32,000 nucleotides of DNA from Opitutia bacterium KCR 482 (GCA_029269845.2 CP149973.1:2220001-2252000); one strand, 5' to 3'. Shown: positions 7,150-16,262, numbered from the stretch's first letter. Notes: generated from the sequence alone by a model not told the origin. Translations and numbers: made by a program.

Positions 7150-7686
7150 CTACGCTTTTGCGGACGCGCTCCCGCGCGGAAGCGCGAGCTTGGAAACGTC
7201 GATTCCCTCCAATGCCAGAAGCTTGGTTTTTGCGTCAAGCCCGCCCGCGTAGCCCGTCAGATTTCCGCCGCTTCCGATTACCCTGTGGCAGGGAACTATT
7301 ATGGAAATTTCGTTGTGCCCGACCGCGCCGCCGACCGCCTGCGCCGACATTTTGCCGCCGCGCCGCGCGGAAATCTTGCGGGCTATTTCTCCGTACGTCG
7401 TCGTGCGCCCGTAGGGGATTTCGAGCAAAATTTTCCAGACTTCGAGCCTGAACGCCGATCCGCGCATGTCAAGCTTCGGCATGAAATCGGGCTTGCGCCC
7501 TCCGAAGTAGATGTCGAGCCATTTTTTCGTTTCGTCGAGCGTGCGCGTGCGCTTTTCGGCGAAGTCGCCGCCGAGCGTCTTCGCGTAGTATTTTTCGCCG
7601 TCGAGCCAAAGCCCGCAGAGACCGCCGCCGTCTTCGGCAATGAGCAGCACGCCTATCGGAGATTGGTAATGGTTGATATATTTCAT
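7150..7686 (-). CDS. ogt: Methylated-DNA--protein-cysteine methyltransferase
   Basis: 178-aa ORF with the active-site motif IIVPCHRVIG and the YGRTTTYGEIA helix. Confidence 0.9.
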   Translation of the reverse strand: MKYINHYQSPIGVLLIAEDGGGLCGLWLDGEKYYAKTLGGDFAEKRTRTLDETKKWLDIYFGGRKPDFMPKLDMRGSAFRLEVWKILLEIPYGRTTTYGEIARKISARRGGKMSAQAVGGAVGHNEISIIVPCHRVIGSGGNLTGYAGGLDAKTKLLALEGIDVSKLALPRGSASAKA

Positions 7687-7813
7687 CTTTTCCCTGCCGA
7701 TTTTCCGTCCGCATTTTTAGCAGGGGAGGGCGGCGGCGGTCAACGCAATTTAACGCGCAACTTGTTGTTGCATTCCGCCGCCGAAACGGCATTTTTATGC
7801 GGAGAAATTAGAC

Positions 7814-8422
7814 GTGAAAAATTCTAACACATTGCGGACGTGGGTTGACGCGTCGATGCTTGCTCTGTTGCCGTCGGCGTTGGCGTTCAGAATCACGGGG
7901 GCGGAGCTTCACGAAATTCTGGGACTTGCGGCGGTCGCGGCGTTCGCGCTCCACAACGTCTTGAACCGCGCGTGGTATCCGTCGCTGGGGCGCGGACGCT
8001 ACAATGCCGACAGGTCGGCGGGGACTGCGGTAGTGGCGGCTATTGCCGCGTGCGCGGCGGTCTGCGCGGTGTCGGGAGTCGCGCTTTCGGGCTTTGTTTT
8101 CGGGCTTTCCGACTGCTTCGGCGGGCTTGGAATCCGCGCCGTTCATACAACTTCCGCGTATTGGACTTTTGTTTTGTGCGGCGTCCACGTCGGGCTCCGA
8201 GCGGGCTTTCTGCGCTTCCTCCCGAAGATTGCCTCCGCCGCCGTTTTCTGCGCGGGCGCGTATTTTTTCGTCTCGCGCGGAATGCCCGAAAAACTTTTCG
8301 CGGGGGCGTCTTTCGATTTTTACGAAATGCCATTTGCCGCCCATTTCTGCCAGACGGCGGCGATTCTTTTCTCCGCGGCGTTCGGCGCGCGCGCCCTGCG
8401 GAAACTCTTGCGGCGGAGGTGA
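7814..8422 (+). CDS. Polytopic membrane protein (DUF4405-like)
   Basis: 202-aa ORF with a GTG start, 4-5 hydrophobic helices and His-containing helix starts (ELHEILG, ALHNVLN). The family assignment is tentative. Confidence 0.65.
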   Translation: MKNSNTLRTWVDASMLALLPSALAFRITGAELHEILGLAAVAAFALHNVLNRAWYPSLGRGRYNADRSAGTAVVAAIAACAAVCAVSGVALSGFVFGLSDCFGGLGIRAVHTTSAYWTFVLCGVHVGLRAGFLRFLPKIASAAVFCAGAYFFVSRGMPEKLFAGASFDFYEMPFAAHFCQTAAILFSAAFGARALRKLLRRR

Positions 8423-8433
8423 TTTTCAGGGCG

Positions 8434-8467
8434 CAAAAAAATGCGGCTTGCAAAGGCAAACCGCATT
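8434..8467 (-). terminator. Rho-independent terminator downstream of the small ORF 8487..8717
   Basis: Minus strand: AATGCGGTTTGC-CTTT-GCAAGCCGCATT (11 bp with one mismatch) followed by TTTTTTT. Confidence 0.7.
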
Positions 8468-8486
8468 AGGGTCGGGGATAGCCGCG

Positions 8487-8717
8487 CTATCTTTCGGGGT
8501 TTAAGACAAGAGTAGGCTTGATTTGCAGCCTTACAGATTCGCCGCCTTCGACAAACGCGACAAAGTCGGCAACGTGGGTGGCTTCCTGCGCTTCGGTGAG
8601 GCTTTTCCACGCCTCCTTGATTTCCTTGACGGAGTCGTAGGTTCCCATTACGTCCCAATTCGTTTTTTTGTTGGGGGTAGGCGTCAGCAGTTCGAATTTC
8701 GTTTTGATTGCGTTCAT
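8487..8717 (-). CDS. Small hypothetical soluble protein (76 aa), no recognisable family
   Basis: The ORF lies in a locally lower-GC stretch and has its own strong terminator. No hydrophobic segment. No clear Shine-Dalgarno. Confidence 0.5.
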   Translation of the reverse strand: MNAIKTKFELLTPTPNKKTNWDVMGTYDSVKEIKEAWKSLTEAQEATHVADFVAFVEGGESVRLQIKPTLVLNPER

Positions 8718-8960
8718 TGTCTTTCGTTGTTTTCGTTTGTTTTGTCGGCGGGGCGCGTCGAAATCGGATTGTCGGGAAATTCCGAATCAGTACTTTTGCC
8801 GCGTACCTCTTCAAAATCGGCATCCAAAAACCAATGCGCCCTTGTTAGTGTTGAGTTTGACGGACGGATTGCGGGATTGCAAGCAATTTCGGACGGAAGC
8901 GGGAGATTTTCCCCCGCCGTTTCCGCGCGGACTTGCGGTCGGGGAGATCCGCAAAAAATG

Positions 8961-8990
8961 TTGACGAGCGGCGCGTTTTTTTTAATAAAT
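8961..8990 (+). promoter_or_regulatory. Candidate sigma70-type promoter for efp-argA
   Basis: TTGACG (8961-8966), 17-18-nt T-rich spacer, AATAAA/ATAAAT (8984-8990). Confidence 0.45.
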
Positions 8991-9051
8991 GTCGATTCAA
9001 TTTTTAGGAGGCAAAAGCTCCGCAAATTTCAACAATAAACACTATAAAAAT

Positions 9052-9609
9052 ATGGCAAGTCCCACAGACATCAGAAAAGGCAGAGTAATTATGTACAACG
9101 GCACTCCGCACGCCGTTATGAGCATGCTTCACCGCACGCAGGGCAGACAGGCGGGCTTTGTGCAGACGGTTCTCCGCAACCTCTCGACGAACGCTTCGAC
9201 GGCGGTCAAATTCCGCTCGACGGACTCGGTGGAATTCTGCCACACTACCAACAAGCAGCTCGAATTTTCGTACATCGACGGCGACCAATACCACTTCATC
9301 GACCCCGAAACTTTCGACGACACCGTCCTCATGGAATCGACAATCGGCGAAGACAAAAAATGGCTCACCGAAGGCTCGCAGTACCTCATTCTCTTTGTTG
9401 ACGGCGCGCCTGTTTCGCTCGAACTTCCCAACAGCATCGAAATCAAGGTTGCGGAGGCGGCGGAAGGTCTGCGCGGCGACACGTCGTCGGCTCCCACAAA
9501 GGCGGTAACGCTCGAAAACGGCGTAACATTGCAGGTCCCGCTCTTCATCAAGCAGGGCGACGTAATCAAAGTCCGCACGGAAGACAATACCTACATCAGC
9601 AGGGCATAA
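9052..9609 (+). CDS. efp: Elongation factor P
   Basis: 185 aa, colinear with E. coli EF-P (IRKGRVIMYNGTPHAV..., FRSTDS, GDTSSAPTKAVTLENGVTLQVPLFIKQGDVIKV). The start is chosen by homology at 9052, not ORF start 8989. Confidence 0.95.
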   Translation: MASPTDIRKGRVIMYNGTPHAVMSMLHRTQGRQAGFVQTVLRNLSTNASTAVKFRSTDSVEFCHTTNKQLEFSYIDGDQYHFIDPETFDDTVLMESTIGEDKKWLTEGSQYLILFVDGAPVSLELPNSIEIKVAEAAEGLRGDTSSAPTKAVTLENGVTLQVPLFIKQGDVIKVRTEDNTYISRA

Positions 9610-9613
9610 CGCC

Positions 9614-10933
9614 ATGGAAAATTCCGTCCCGCTAAGCGACAAAGTGACGATTAAAGCCTCCGATTTGCGCGGCATTTTGGAATATGTCCCGCTGTATCGT
9701 GGGCAGACCTTTGTCGTTGCGGTTGACGGAAGCGTGATTGCCTGCGACAACTTCGCAAACGTAATTACCGACATCGCCGTTTTGCGCAGCCTCGGCATAA
9801 ACGTCGTAGTGGTGCACGGAATCGGAAAACAGCTGCGCGACATCGGCGCGGAACGCGGGGTTGCGCTTAGCGACATCTACGGCGAAAACCCCGTGGACGA
9901 CGCCACGCTGTCGCTCGCCCGCGAGGTTTCCGCAACCGCGCTCCAAACAATAATAGACGCGTTCGCCACAAAAAATATCCGCTGCGTTTCGACAAACGCA
10001 GTCCGCGCGACGGAAGTCGGGATAATTTCGGGCGTGGACCACCTCAACGCGGGGCGCATAGAAAAGATAGATTTCAACGCGCTGCAAAGCCTGATTTCGC
10101 TGGGCATGATTCCCGTGCTTTCGCCGGTTGCCGTAAACAGGGAGGGCAGAATTTTCAGGATAAATTCCGACCTCCTCGCCGCCGACGTCGCAACGGGGCT
10201 GAACGCGACAAAACTCATATTTTTGACGGAGACAAGCGGGCTTAAAATCGGCGCGGAAAAGGCTCTCGCAGTGCCGCTCGCCGATGTTTCCGAACTGCTC
10301 GAAGCCCGCAGGGGCATGCTCGACCCGCGCGTGTTCTCCAAAGTCAGCTGTTCGGTCCGCGCGCTCGAATCGGCAAAAACACAGCGCGCGCACATTCTCG
10401 ACGGCCGCGAATTCGCGTGCCTGCTTACCGAGCTTTTCGAAAAGGTCGGCTGCGGCACGATGATTTACTCCGACGTCTACCAGAAAATCCGCAAGGCGGA
10501 CCGCGACGACGTTTCGACGATTTTCAACCTCTCGAAAAGCTCGACCCGCCAGCAGAATCTGGTCTACCGTAGCCGCGAGGAGATAGAGTCGAAAATCGAC
10601 ACCTATTTCATCTACGAGATGGACGGAAGCGTAATCGCGTTCGTCAGCCTGCTCGACATTTCCGAGGGCGCGGCGGAGCTTGCAAGCCTGCATGTCCAGC
10701 CGTTCTATCAGGGGCACGACGTCGGCACGCACATGGTTGAATTCATCGTGCGCGAGGCAAAAAAGGCGGGCTTCAAAAAGCTTTTCGCGCTCAGCACAAA
10801 AAGCGCGCCGTTCTTTTCGGACGTGTGCAAATTTACGGAAGTTCCGCCGACCGCGCTGCCTAAATCGCGACTCGAAAAATACGAGGCGTCGGGGCGTCAT
10901 TCAAAGGTTTTCGTCAAGGACTTTTCCGAATAA
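9614..10933 (+). CDS. argA: Amino-acid N-acetyltransferase (N-acetylglutamate synthase; amino-acid-kinase fold plus GNAT)
   Basis: 439 aa. The N-terminal AAK domain has FVVAVDGS...VVVHGIG. The C-terminal GNAT has LHVQPFYQGHDVGTHMVEFIVREAKKAGFKKLFALS. Confidence 0.9.
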   Translation: MENSVPLSDKVTIKASDLRGILEYVPLYRGQTFVVAVDGSVIACDNFANVITDIAVLRSLGINVVVVHGIGKQLRDIGAERGVALSDIYGENPVDDATLSLAREVSATALQTIIDAFATKNIRCVSTNAVRATEVGIISGVDHLNAGRIEKIDFNALQSLISLGMIPVLSPVAVNREGRIFRINSDLLAADVATGLNATKLIFLTETSGLKIGAEKALAVPLADVSELLEARRGMLDPRVFSKVSCSVRALESAKTQRAHILDGREFACLLTELFEKVGCGTMIYSDVYQKIRKADRDDVSTIFNLSKSSTRQQNLVYRSREEIESKIDTYFIYEMDGSVIAFVSLLDISEGAAELASLHVQPFYQGHDVGTHMVEFIVREAKKAGFKKLFALSTKSAPFFSDVCKFTEVPPTALPKSRLEKYEASGRHSKVFVKDFSE

Positions 10934-11044
10934 ACGGCGGGGCTTGCGGTGCTCCGCGACATCTAAAAACTTGCAATATTGCGCGTCCGGCATTTTTCGG
11001 GGGGCGCATTTTTTTTGCGCGGGTTTGCGCAGATTTGCGGGCGT

Positions 11045-12148
11045 CTATTTCAGCCCGATAAGCTCGTTTTGCGGAATTTTGGGAGAGTCGCGCATGGCTT
11101 TCAGAAGCTCCTGCGGGCGGAACGCCTTGTCGAGCGCGTCGGCGGGGGAGACAAGCCCGCGCTCAACCAGATTCAGAAGCGAGTCTTCCATGGTGCACAT
11201 TCCGCTTTGGCGTCCCGTTTGGAGCACGCTCAGAATTTGCGGCACGTGCTGTTCGCGTATGAGGTTGCGGACTGCGGCGTTTGCGGTGAGCATTTCGAAG
11301 GCGGCAATCATGCCGCCGCGCTTCTGCCGCACGAGCGTTTGCGAAAGCACGCCGAGCAGGTTTTCTGAAAGCATCATTCTGATTTGCGGCTGTTCGCCCG
11401 CGCCGAATTGCCCGACGAGCCTGTCGATTGTCGAAACGGCCGTGCGCGTGTGCAGGGTTGCGAACACAAGGTGCCCCGTCTCGGCAAGCTCTATTGCCGT
11501 CCGCGTAGTTTCGAGGTCGCGCATTTCGCCGAGCACTATGACGTCGGGATTTTCCCTGACCGCCGAGCGCAGCGCCGAGTAGAAGTCGGGCGCGTCCCTG
11601 CCGATTTCGCGTTGCGACACCATCGACTTCGCGCTTTTGATGACGTATTCAATCGGGTCTTCGATTGTCAGAATGTGGAGTCCGCGCGATTCGTTTATGA
11701 TGTCCACAACCGCCGCAAGCGTCGTTGTTTTGCCGGAGCCGTTCGCGCCGGTCGCCACGAACAGCCCGCTGCTGCGCCTGCAAATGTCGGCGACGGGAAA
11801 GGGGATTCCGATTTCTGTTGCGGTCAGCCGCCGCGCGGGAATTACGCGCAGGGCGATTTGCATGCCGCTTTCGCACATGTAGATGTTTGCGCGGATTCGC
11901 GCGTTCGACGGGCTTGAAAACGCGAGGTCTATGTCCTCGCCGCGTCCGAGCTTTTCGGCGAAAAATTTTGAGCGTTCCCGCGGAAACTTTGCTAGTATTT
12001 GTTGCGCCGCGGTCTGCGGGTCGGGCGCGGCGACCCCGACGAGCGGAACGAGCGAGCCGTCCACGCGTATCCGCGCGGTCCTGCCGATGTGAATGTAGGT
12101 CGAGCCCTTTTTGATTGCCGATTCTATTGCGATGTCGAGTTCGTTCAT
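11045..12148 (-). CDS. pilT: Type IV pilus retraction ATPase PilT
   Basis: 367 aa. Walker A GANGSGKTTTLAA, ILTIEDPIE, Walker B VIVLGEMRD, ATLHT, and AIRNLIRE-like AVRNLIREQH. Confidence 0.9.
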   Translation of the reverse strand: MNELDIAIESAIKKGSTYIHIGRTARIRVDGSLVPLVGVAAPDPQTAAQQILAKFPRERSKFFAEKLGRGEDIDLAFSSPSNARIRANIYMCESGMQIALRVIPARRLTATEIGIPFPVADICRRSSGLFVATGANGSGKTTTLAAVVDIINESRGLHILTIEDPIEYVIKSAKSMVSQREIGRDAPDFYSALRSAVRENPDVIVLGEMRDLETTRTAIELAETGHLVFATLHTRTAVSTIDRLVGQFGAGEQPQIRMMLSENLLGVLSQTLVRQKRGGMIAAFEMLTANAAVRNLIREQHVPQILSVLQTGRQSGMCTMEDSLLNLVERGLVSPADALDKAFRPQELLKAMRDSPKIPQNELIGLK

Positions 12149-12738
12149 TTCTTTGCGAACAAAATTTGCGACGGTTTGCCCCTGGATTTTTTTCCGAGCC
12201 TTTTCAAAATTGTAAACGCGCCGTTTTCGCCGAAAGTTTCGGCGGGCGGTTCGAAATCGGCGGGGGCTTCGAGGGCGAAGACGGTTTCGGGCGAGGCTAT
12301 CTGCGCGAAAGTGTCGAGAATTTGCGGAAGAAGCTTGGGGTCGGAGAGCATTTTGTAGGGAGGGTCGGCGAAAACGAAGTCGAACTTTCTTCCGCCGAGA
12401 ATTTTTGCGGACTTTGCGCAGTCGGCCGGCAGAACTTCGAAAGAGACGCTTCCGCCGCCGCTTTCGACCGCCTTTTTTATGGCTGCGGCGTTGCGGCGCA
12501 GGCAGTCGAGGGCGCGTCTGTCGGTTTCAAGAAACACGACTTTCGCCGCGCCCCTGCTTGCCGCTTCAAGCCCGTACGAGCCCGTGCCCGCGAACATGTC
12601 GAGAACCTGCGCCCCGACCACGGCTTCGCCGAGGGACGAAAAAACCGCCTGACGCGCCGCGTCCGTGGCGGGTCTTGTTGTGTCGCCTTTGGGGGCGTCG
12701 AGCGAAATTCCTCTTGCAAAGCCTGACGTTATTCTCAT
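12145..12738 (-). CDS. rsmD: 16S rRNA (guanine966-N2)-methyltransferase RsmD
   Basis: MRITSGFARGISLDAPKGDTTRPATDAARQAVFSSLG, VLDMFAGTGSYGLEAASRGA and FADPPY. ATGA overlap with the pilT start. Confidence 0.9.
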   Translation of the reverse strand: MRITSGFARGISLDAPKGDTTRPATDAARQAVFSSLGEAVVGAQVLDMFAGTGSYGLEAASRGAAKVVFLETDRRALDCLRRNAAAIKKAVESGGGSVSFEVLPADCAKSAKILGGRKFDFVFADPPYKMLSDPKLLPQILDTFAQIASPETVFALEAPADFEPPAETFGENGAFTILKRLGKKSRGKPSQILFAKK

Positions 12739-12750
12739 ATTTCCCGAAGT

Positions 12751-13764
12751 ATGAGACGAAGCCCGATTTTGTCAATTATTCTGCTTTCGACCGCAGCCGC
12801 TTTCGCTTCGGACATTCCCGCAGCCGAAACCGCCGCCCCGCAAAACGCGGAGTCGATAGCCTTCCGCGTCGAAAACGACATCTATTTTTCCGACCGCTAC
12901 TACACGAACGGCTTGAAGCTTTCGTATACGGGCGCGGGGTGCGATTTCCTTTCAAGCCGCCTGCAATTCGCCGCGCTCGACCTCTTTGTCCCCGACGGCA
13001 GGCAGGCGTTCCAGACGGTTTCGGTCGGGCAGAAGATGTGCGTGGCAAGCGACATCAACATTCCCAATCCGCCGCCGACCGACCGCCCCTACGCGGGCTG
13101 GCTGTACGTCGGCTTCGGGGCGCACGAGGCGTCGGAAAACAGGCTCGATTCACTTACGGTAAACCTCGGCGTCGTGGGGCCGATGTCGCTCGCGGAGGAC
13201 GCGCAGAAATTCTACCACAGCATAATCGGCGCGGACTGGCCGCGCGGCTGGCACAACCAGATTAAAAACGAACCGGGGATAATCGTCGCCTACGAGCATT
13301 CGGAGCGTTTCTTCCGGACGCGGATTTCCGACGAATTTTCAGTCGATTCGGTCGGGTCGCTCGCGCTCGATTTGGGGAACGTCATGACGCAGGCGAGGGC
13401 GCGCGCGCTTCTGCGCTTCGGCTTCAACATGCCGTACTCCTTCCTCCCCAACAGAATAGACTCCTCCGACGGCAACGACGTCGAATGGCGTCCCACCGAC
13501 GCCTCTCCCGACTGGCACTGCTTCATGTACGGCGGAGGCGCGGCGCGTTTCGTGGGCTACGACATCACCCTCGACGGCAACACATACCGCAACAGCGCGG
13601 GCGTCGTTCCCAAATGGCTTGTGGGCGAGGCCGTCGCGGGCGTTTCCGCCCGCTACAAATGCTTTCAGGCGGATTTGACTTGGACTCTCCGCTCCGCCGA
13701 GTTCAACACCCAGCGTCTGCCCGTCCATATGTTCTGGACGCTCGCCGTCAAGGCGTATTTTTAA
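12751..13764 (+). CDS. Lipid A 3-O-deacylase LpxR-family (DUF2219) outer-membrane protein
   Basis: Signal peptide MRRSPILSIILLSTAAAFA. FRVENDIYFSDRYYTNGLKLSY is the hallmark N-terminal motif of the family. The beta-barrel-like C-terminus ends in F. Confidence 0.75.
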   Translation: MRRSPILSIILLSTAAAFASDIPAAETAAPQNAESIAFRVENDIYFSDRYYTNGLKLSYTGAGCDFLSSRLQFAALDLFVPDGRQAFQTVSVGQKMCVASDINIPNPPPTDRPYAGWLYVGFGAHEASENRLDSLTVNLGVVGPMSLAEDAQKFYHSIIGADWPRGWHNQIKNEPGIIVAYEHSERFFRTRISDEFSVDSVGSLALDLGNVMTQARARALLRFGFNMPYSFLPNRIDSSDGNDVEWRPTDASPDWHCFMYGGGAARFVGYDITLDGNTYRNSAGVVPKWLVGEAVAGVSARYKCFQADLTWTLRSAEFNTQRLPVHMFWTLAVKAYF

Positions 13765-13770
13765 CGCGCC

Positions 13771-14319
13771 TCAGTTTTCCGACGGATTGTTCTTCGGCTC
13801 TTCCAACGCCCCGAATTCGGGGCGTTCGCGCAGAACGAGCGTCTTCCAGAGGTCTGGGTTGGGCACGTCGAAAATCACGTTGACGTCGGCGTATGAGACA
13901 ATCCAAGTGCCCTCGGTGATTTCGGCTTTCAGCTGGTTCGGACCCCAGCCCGAATAGCCCGCGAACGCGGCGACTTTCGCGTTGGGGTTTTTCTTTATTA
14001 TGTCGAGGGCCTTTTCGGGCGGAATGCCGAAAGAGAACGCGCCGTCGTTTTTGCCGTCGTCGTAGCAGACGGCGAGGCTCACGCGCTCCTTTGCGATTGG
14101 TCCGCCGTCGAAAACGTCGATTTCGCCAAGCTCGGAGTCGCGGAAGTCGGGGTTAAGCTCGCCGAGCGTCTTGTCGAGCGGCTTGTTCATTATCACGCCG
14201 AAAGAGCCGTCTTCGTTGTCCTCCAACAGAAGCACGACGGACTCCTCGAAAAACGCGCCCGCAAACGAGGGCGACGCCGCAAGAAAGCTCCATGAATAGT
14301 CGTCGTACGCGCTTTTCAT
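13771..14319 (-). CDS. yqgE: YqgE/AlgH-family (UPF0301) protein
   Basis: The in-frame start at 14319 (MKSAYDDYSWSFLAASPSFAGAFFEESVVLLLEDNEDGSFGVIMNKP) matches the family N-terminus. The longer ORF (to 14670) overlaps the deaminase gene and is rejected. Confidence 0.85.
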   Translation of the reverse strand: MKSAYDDYSWSFLAASPSFAGAFFEESVVLLLEDNEDGSFGVIMNKPLDKTLGELNPDFRDSELGEIDVFDGGPIAKERVSLAVCYDDGKNDGAFSFGIPPEKALDIIKKNPNAKVAAFAGYSGWGPNQLKAEITEGTWIVSYADVNVIFDVPNPDLWKTLVLRERPEFGALEEPKNNPSEN

Positions 14320-14792
14320 AGCTTGGCGACCGAAATTCCCGACTCCTCGAAAAGCCTGTAAACGATGTCGTCGTTGTGGTAGTCGTGCAGGTATCTGACC
14401 GATTTTATTCCCGCGGAAATCAGGATTTTTGCGCAGTTTACGCAGGGGAAGTGCGTGATGTACGCCGTTGCGCCGTTCACGGAAACCCCGCGTCGGGCGG
14501 CGTCGGAAATGGCGTTCTGCTCGGCGTGGACGGTCGCGATTTCGTGTCCGTCGCGCACGCACGACGAATGCGGCGCGCCCGCCAAAAAGCCGTTGTAGCC
14601 CGCGGCGATAATCCTGTTCGGGTGCTCCCCGCCGCTTACTATCACGCAGCCGACGTTCAGGCGGCTGCACGCCGAGCGCGACGATATGAGTATCGCCGTG
14701 CAGATAAAATATTCATCCCACGACGGACGCGTTCCGCCCCACGACTTCACAAGCGTGTCGAGCTGTTCTACAATGTCGTTTCCCGAGTTCAT
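14316..14792 (-). CDS. dCMP deaminase (ComEB-type cytidine/deoxycytidylate deaminase)
   Basis: 158 aa from the M at 14792. Zinc motifs VHAEQNAI and PCVNCAK. ATGA overlaps at both ends. Confidence 0.9.
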   Translation of the reverse strand: MNSGNDIVEQLDTLVKSWGGTRPSWDEYFICTAILISSRSACSRLNVGCVIVSGGEHPNRIIAAGYNGFLAGAPHSSCVRDGHEIATVHAEQNAISDAARRGVSVNGATAYITHFPCVNCAKILISAGIKSVRYLHDYHNDDIVYRLFEESGISVAKL

Positions 14793-15451
14793 TTTACGAA
14801 TACGCAGGAAAATAGTACCGAGAAAAAGTGCATGATTGTTCCCAAAAGCACGAAAACGTGCCAAACGGCGTGCATGTATTTGCGGCTTTTGCGCATGTAG
14901 AAAAACACGCCGCCCGTGTAGAAAAGCCCGCCGAGACACAGGAACACGACGCCGACTGTCGGCACAATCGTAAACAGCTTGCCCGAAATCAGCACAACAA
15001 GCCAGCCCATCAGCAAGTAAAGCCCTATCGACCACCATTTTGTTCCAGAACCCGACGTCGCCAGTTTCAGCACCGTGCCGAGAATCGCGAGCGTCCAGAT
15101 TATTCCGAAGACAATCCACGCCGTGGCGGGCGAGGGCAGGCGCAGGCTCACAAGCAGAAACGGCGTGTACGTTCCCGCAATCAGGTAGTAAATCGCGATG
15201 TGGTCGAACTTTTTGAGAATCCTCTTTGCGCGTTCGAACGGGATTGCGTGGTAGAAAGAGGAGGCTGTGTAGACGCCCGTCATCGACACTCCGAAAATCG
15301 CGCAAGAAACTATCGCCCACGAATTTCCGTAGATAGACGCAAGCGTCACCATCACCGCGAGTGCCGCGACGCTGAAAAGTATTCCCACGACGTGTGTTGC
15401 CGAATTCCAAATTTCCTCCGTCGCGGAGTATGCCGGTTTGAGCGGTGCCAT
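14789..15451 (-). CDS. Hemolysin-III / PAQR-family membrane protein
   Basis: 220 aa with 7 TM segments. N-terminal EEIWNSATHVVG and HxxxH-type C-terminal motif (MHAVWHVFVLLG). Confidence 0.9.
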   Translation of the reverse strand: MAPLKPAYSATEEIWNSATHVVGILFSVAALAVMVTLASIYGNSWAIVSCAIFGVSMTGVYTASSFYHAIPFERAKRILKKFDHIAIYYLIAGTYTPFLLVSLRLPSPATAWIVFGIIWTLAILGTVLKLATSGSGTKWWSIGLYLLMGWLVVLISGKLFTIVPTVGVVFLCLGGLFYTGGVFFYMRKSRKYMHAVWHVFVLLGTIMHFFSVLFSCVFVK

Positions 15452-15472
15452 GGATTTGCATAAAAGGGCAAA

Positions 15473-15499
15473 GCCCGCATTCGGGCAACCTTTTTTTTT
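15473..15499. terminator. Bidirectional-looking terminator downstream of the alkA-like gene
   Basis: GCCCG-CATT-CGGGC flanked by an A-rich 5' side and AACC-TTTTTTTTT on the plus strand. On the minus strand it is followed by TTTGCCCTTTTAT. Confidence 0.55.
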
Positions 15500-15560
15500 G
15501 AATTTTGTTCCCGTCCGCCCGCCGCCGTTCCGAGCCTGCGCGGTTTTGCGGAATCTCCGC

Positions 15561-16262
15561 CTATTTGCCGGCGGTGTTTTTCTTTGCCGACGGTTTTTTA
15601 CCGCGCGGCGGTTGGGGCTTCTGCTTTTCGGCGGGGTCTTTCAGTCCGTCGATTGCTCCCGACGCGACCGCCCAAAGGTAGATGCAGGCAACGCTCCCGT
15701 AGGGCGAGTATTTTTTGCGGTATTTTTCGAAAAGCCCGCGCGTGATTTTCCCGTGCCCGTAGACCATGCGCAGTCCGCGCTGAATGCCGAAATCTCCGAA
15801 GCTCAGCACGTCGGGGCGTCGGAGCGAATGCAGCATGAGCATTTCGGCGGTCCATTTGCCGACCCCTTTGATTTCCGAAAGTTTTTCGCAAACTTCGTCG
15901 TCGGTCATTTTGCGTAGGGCGTCGATGTCGAATTCCCCCGATGCTATTTTCTCCGCAGCTCCCCGCATGTATTCTATTTTTCTGAACGAAATTCCGAGCG
16001 CGCGCAAATCTTCGGGCTGCGTTGCCAGCACCGACTGCGGCGTGATTTCGCCGAGGGCGTCTGTCATTTTCCGCCAAATGGAGTCGTGCGCTTTTGTGGA
16101 AATTTGCTGCCCGATTATGCTGAAAACAAGAGCGCGGAAGAGGTCGGGTTCGACCCGCCGCTTGGGCATGCCGAGCTTTTCGATTGCCGCCGCAAGGCGT
16201 TTGTCGCGCCTTTTTAGGTGGGCGATTTCGGTTTCGCCGTATTTAAAGTATTTGCGTTCCAT
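15561..16262 (-). CDS. DNA-3-methyladenine glycosylase II-like HhH-GPD base-excision enzyme
   Basis: Start at MERKYFKYGE (16262). LFRALVFSIIGQQIS, HhH KGVGKWTAEMLMLHSL, and FGDFGIQRGL with the catalytic Asp context. Lys/Pro-rich basic C-terminal tail. Confidence 0.85.
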   Translation of the reverse strand: MERKYFKYGETEIAHLKRRDKRLAAAIEKLGMPKRRVEPDLFRALVFSIIGQQISTKAHDSIWRKMTDALGEITPQSVLATQPEDLRALGISFRKIEYMRGAAEKIASGEFDIDALRKMTDDEVCEKLSEIKGVGKWTAEMLMLHSLRRPDVLSFGDFGIQRGLRMVYGHGKITRGLFEKYRKKYSPYGSVACIYLWAVASGAIDGLKDPAEKQKPQPPRGKKPSAKKNTAGK

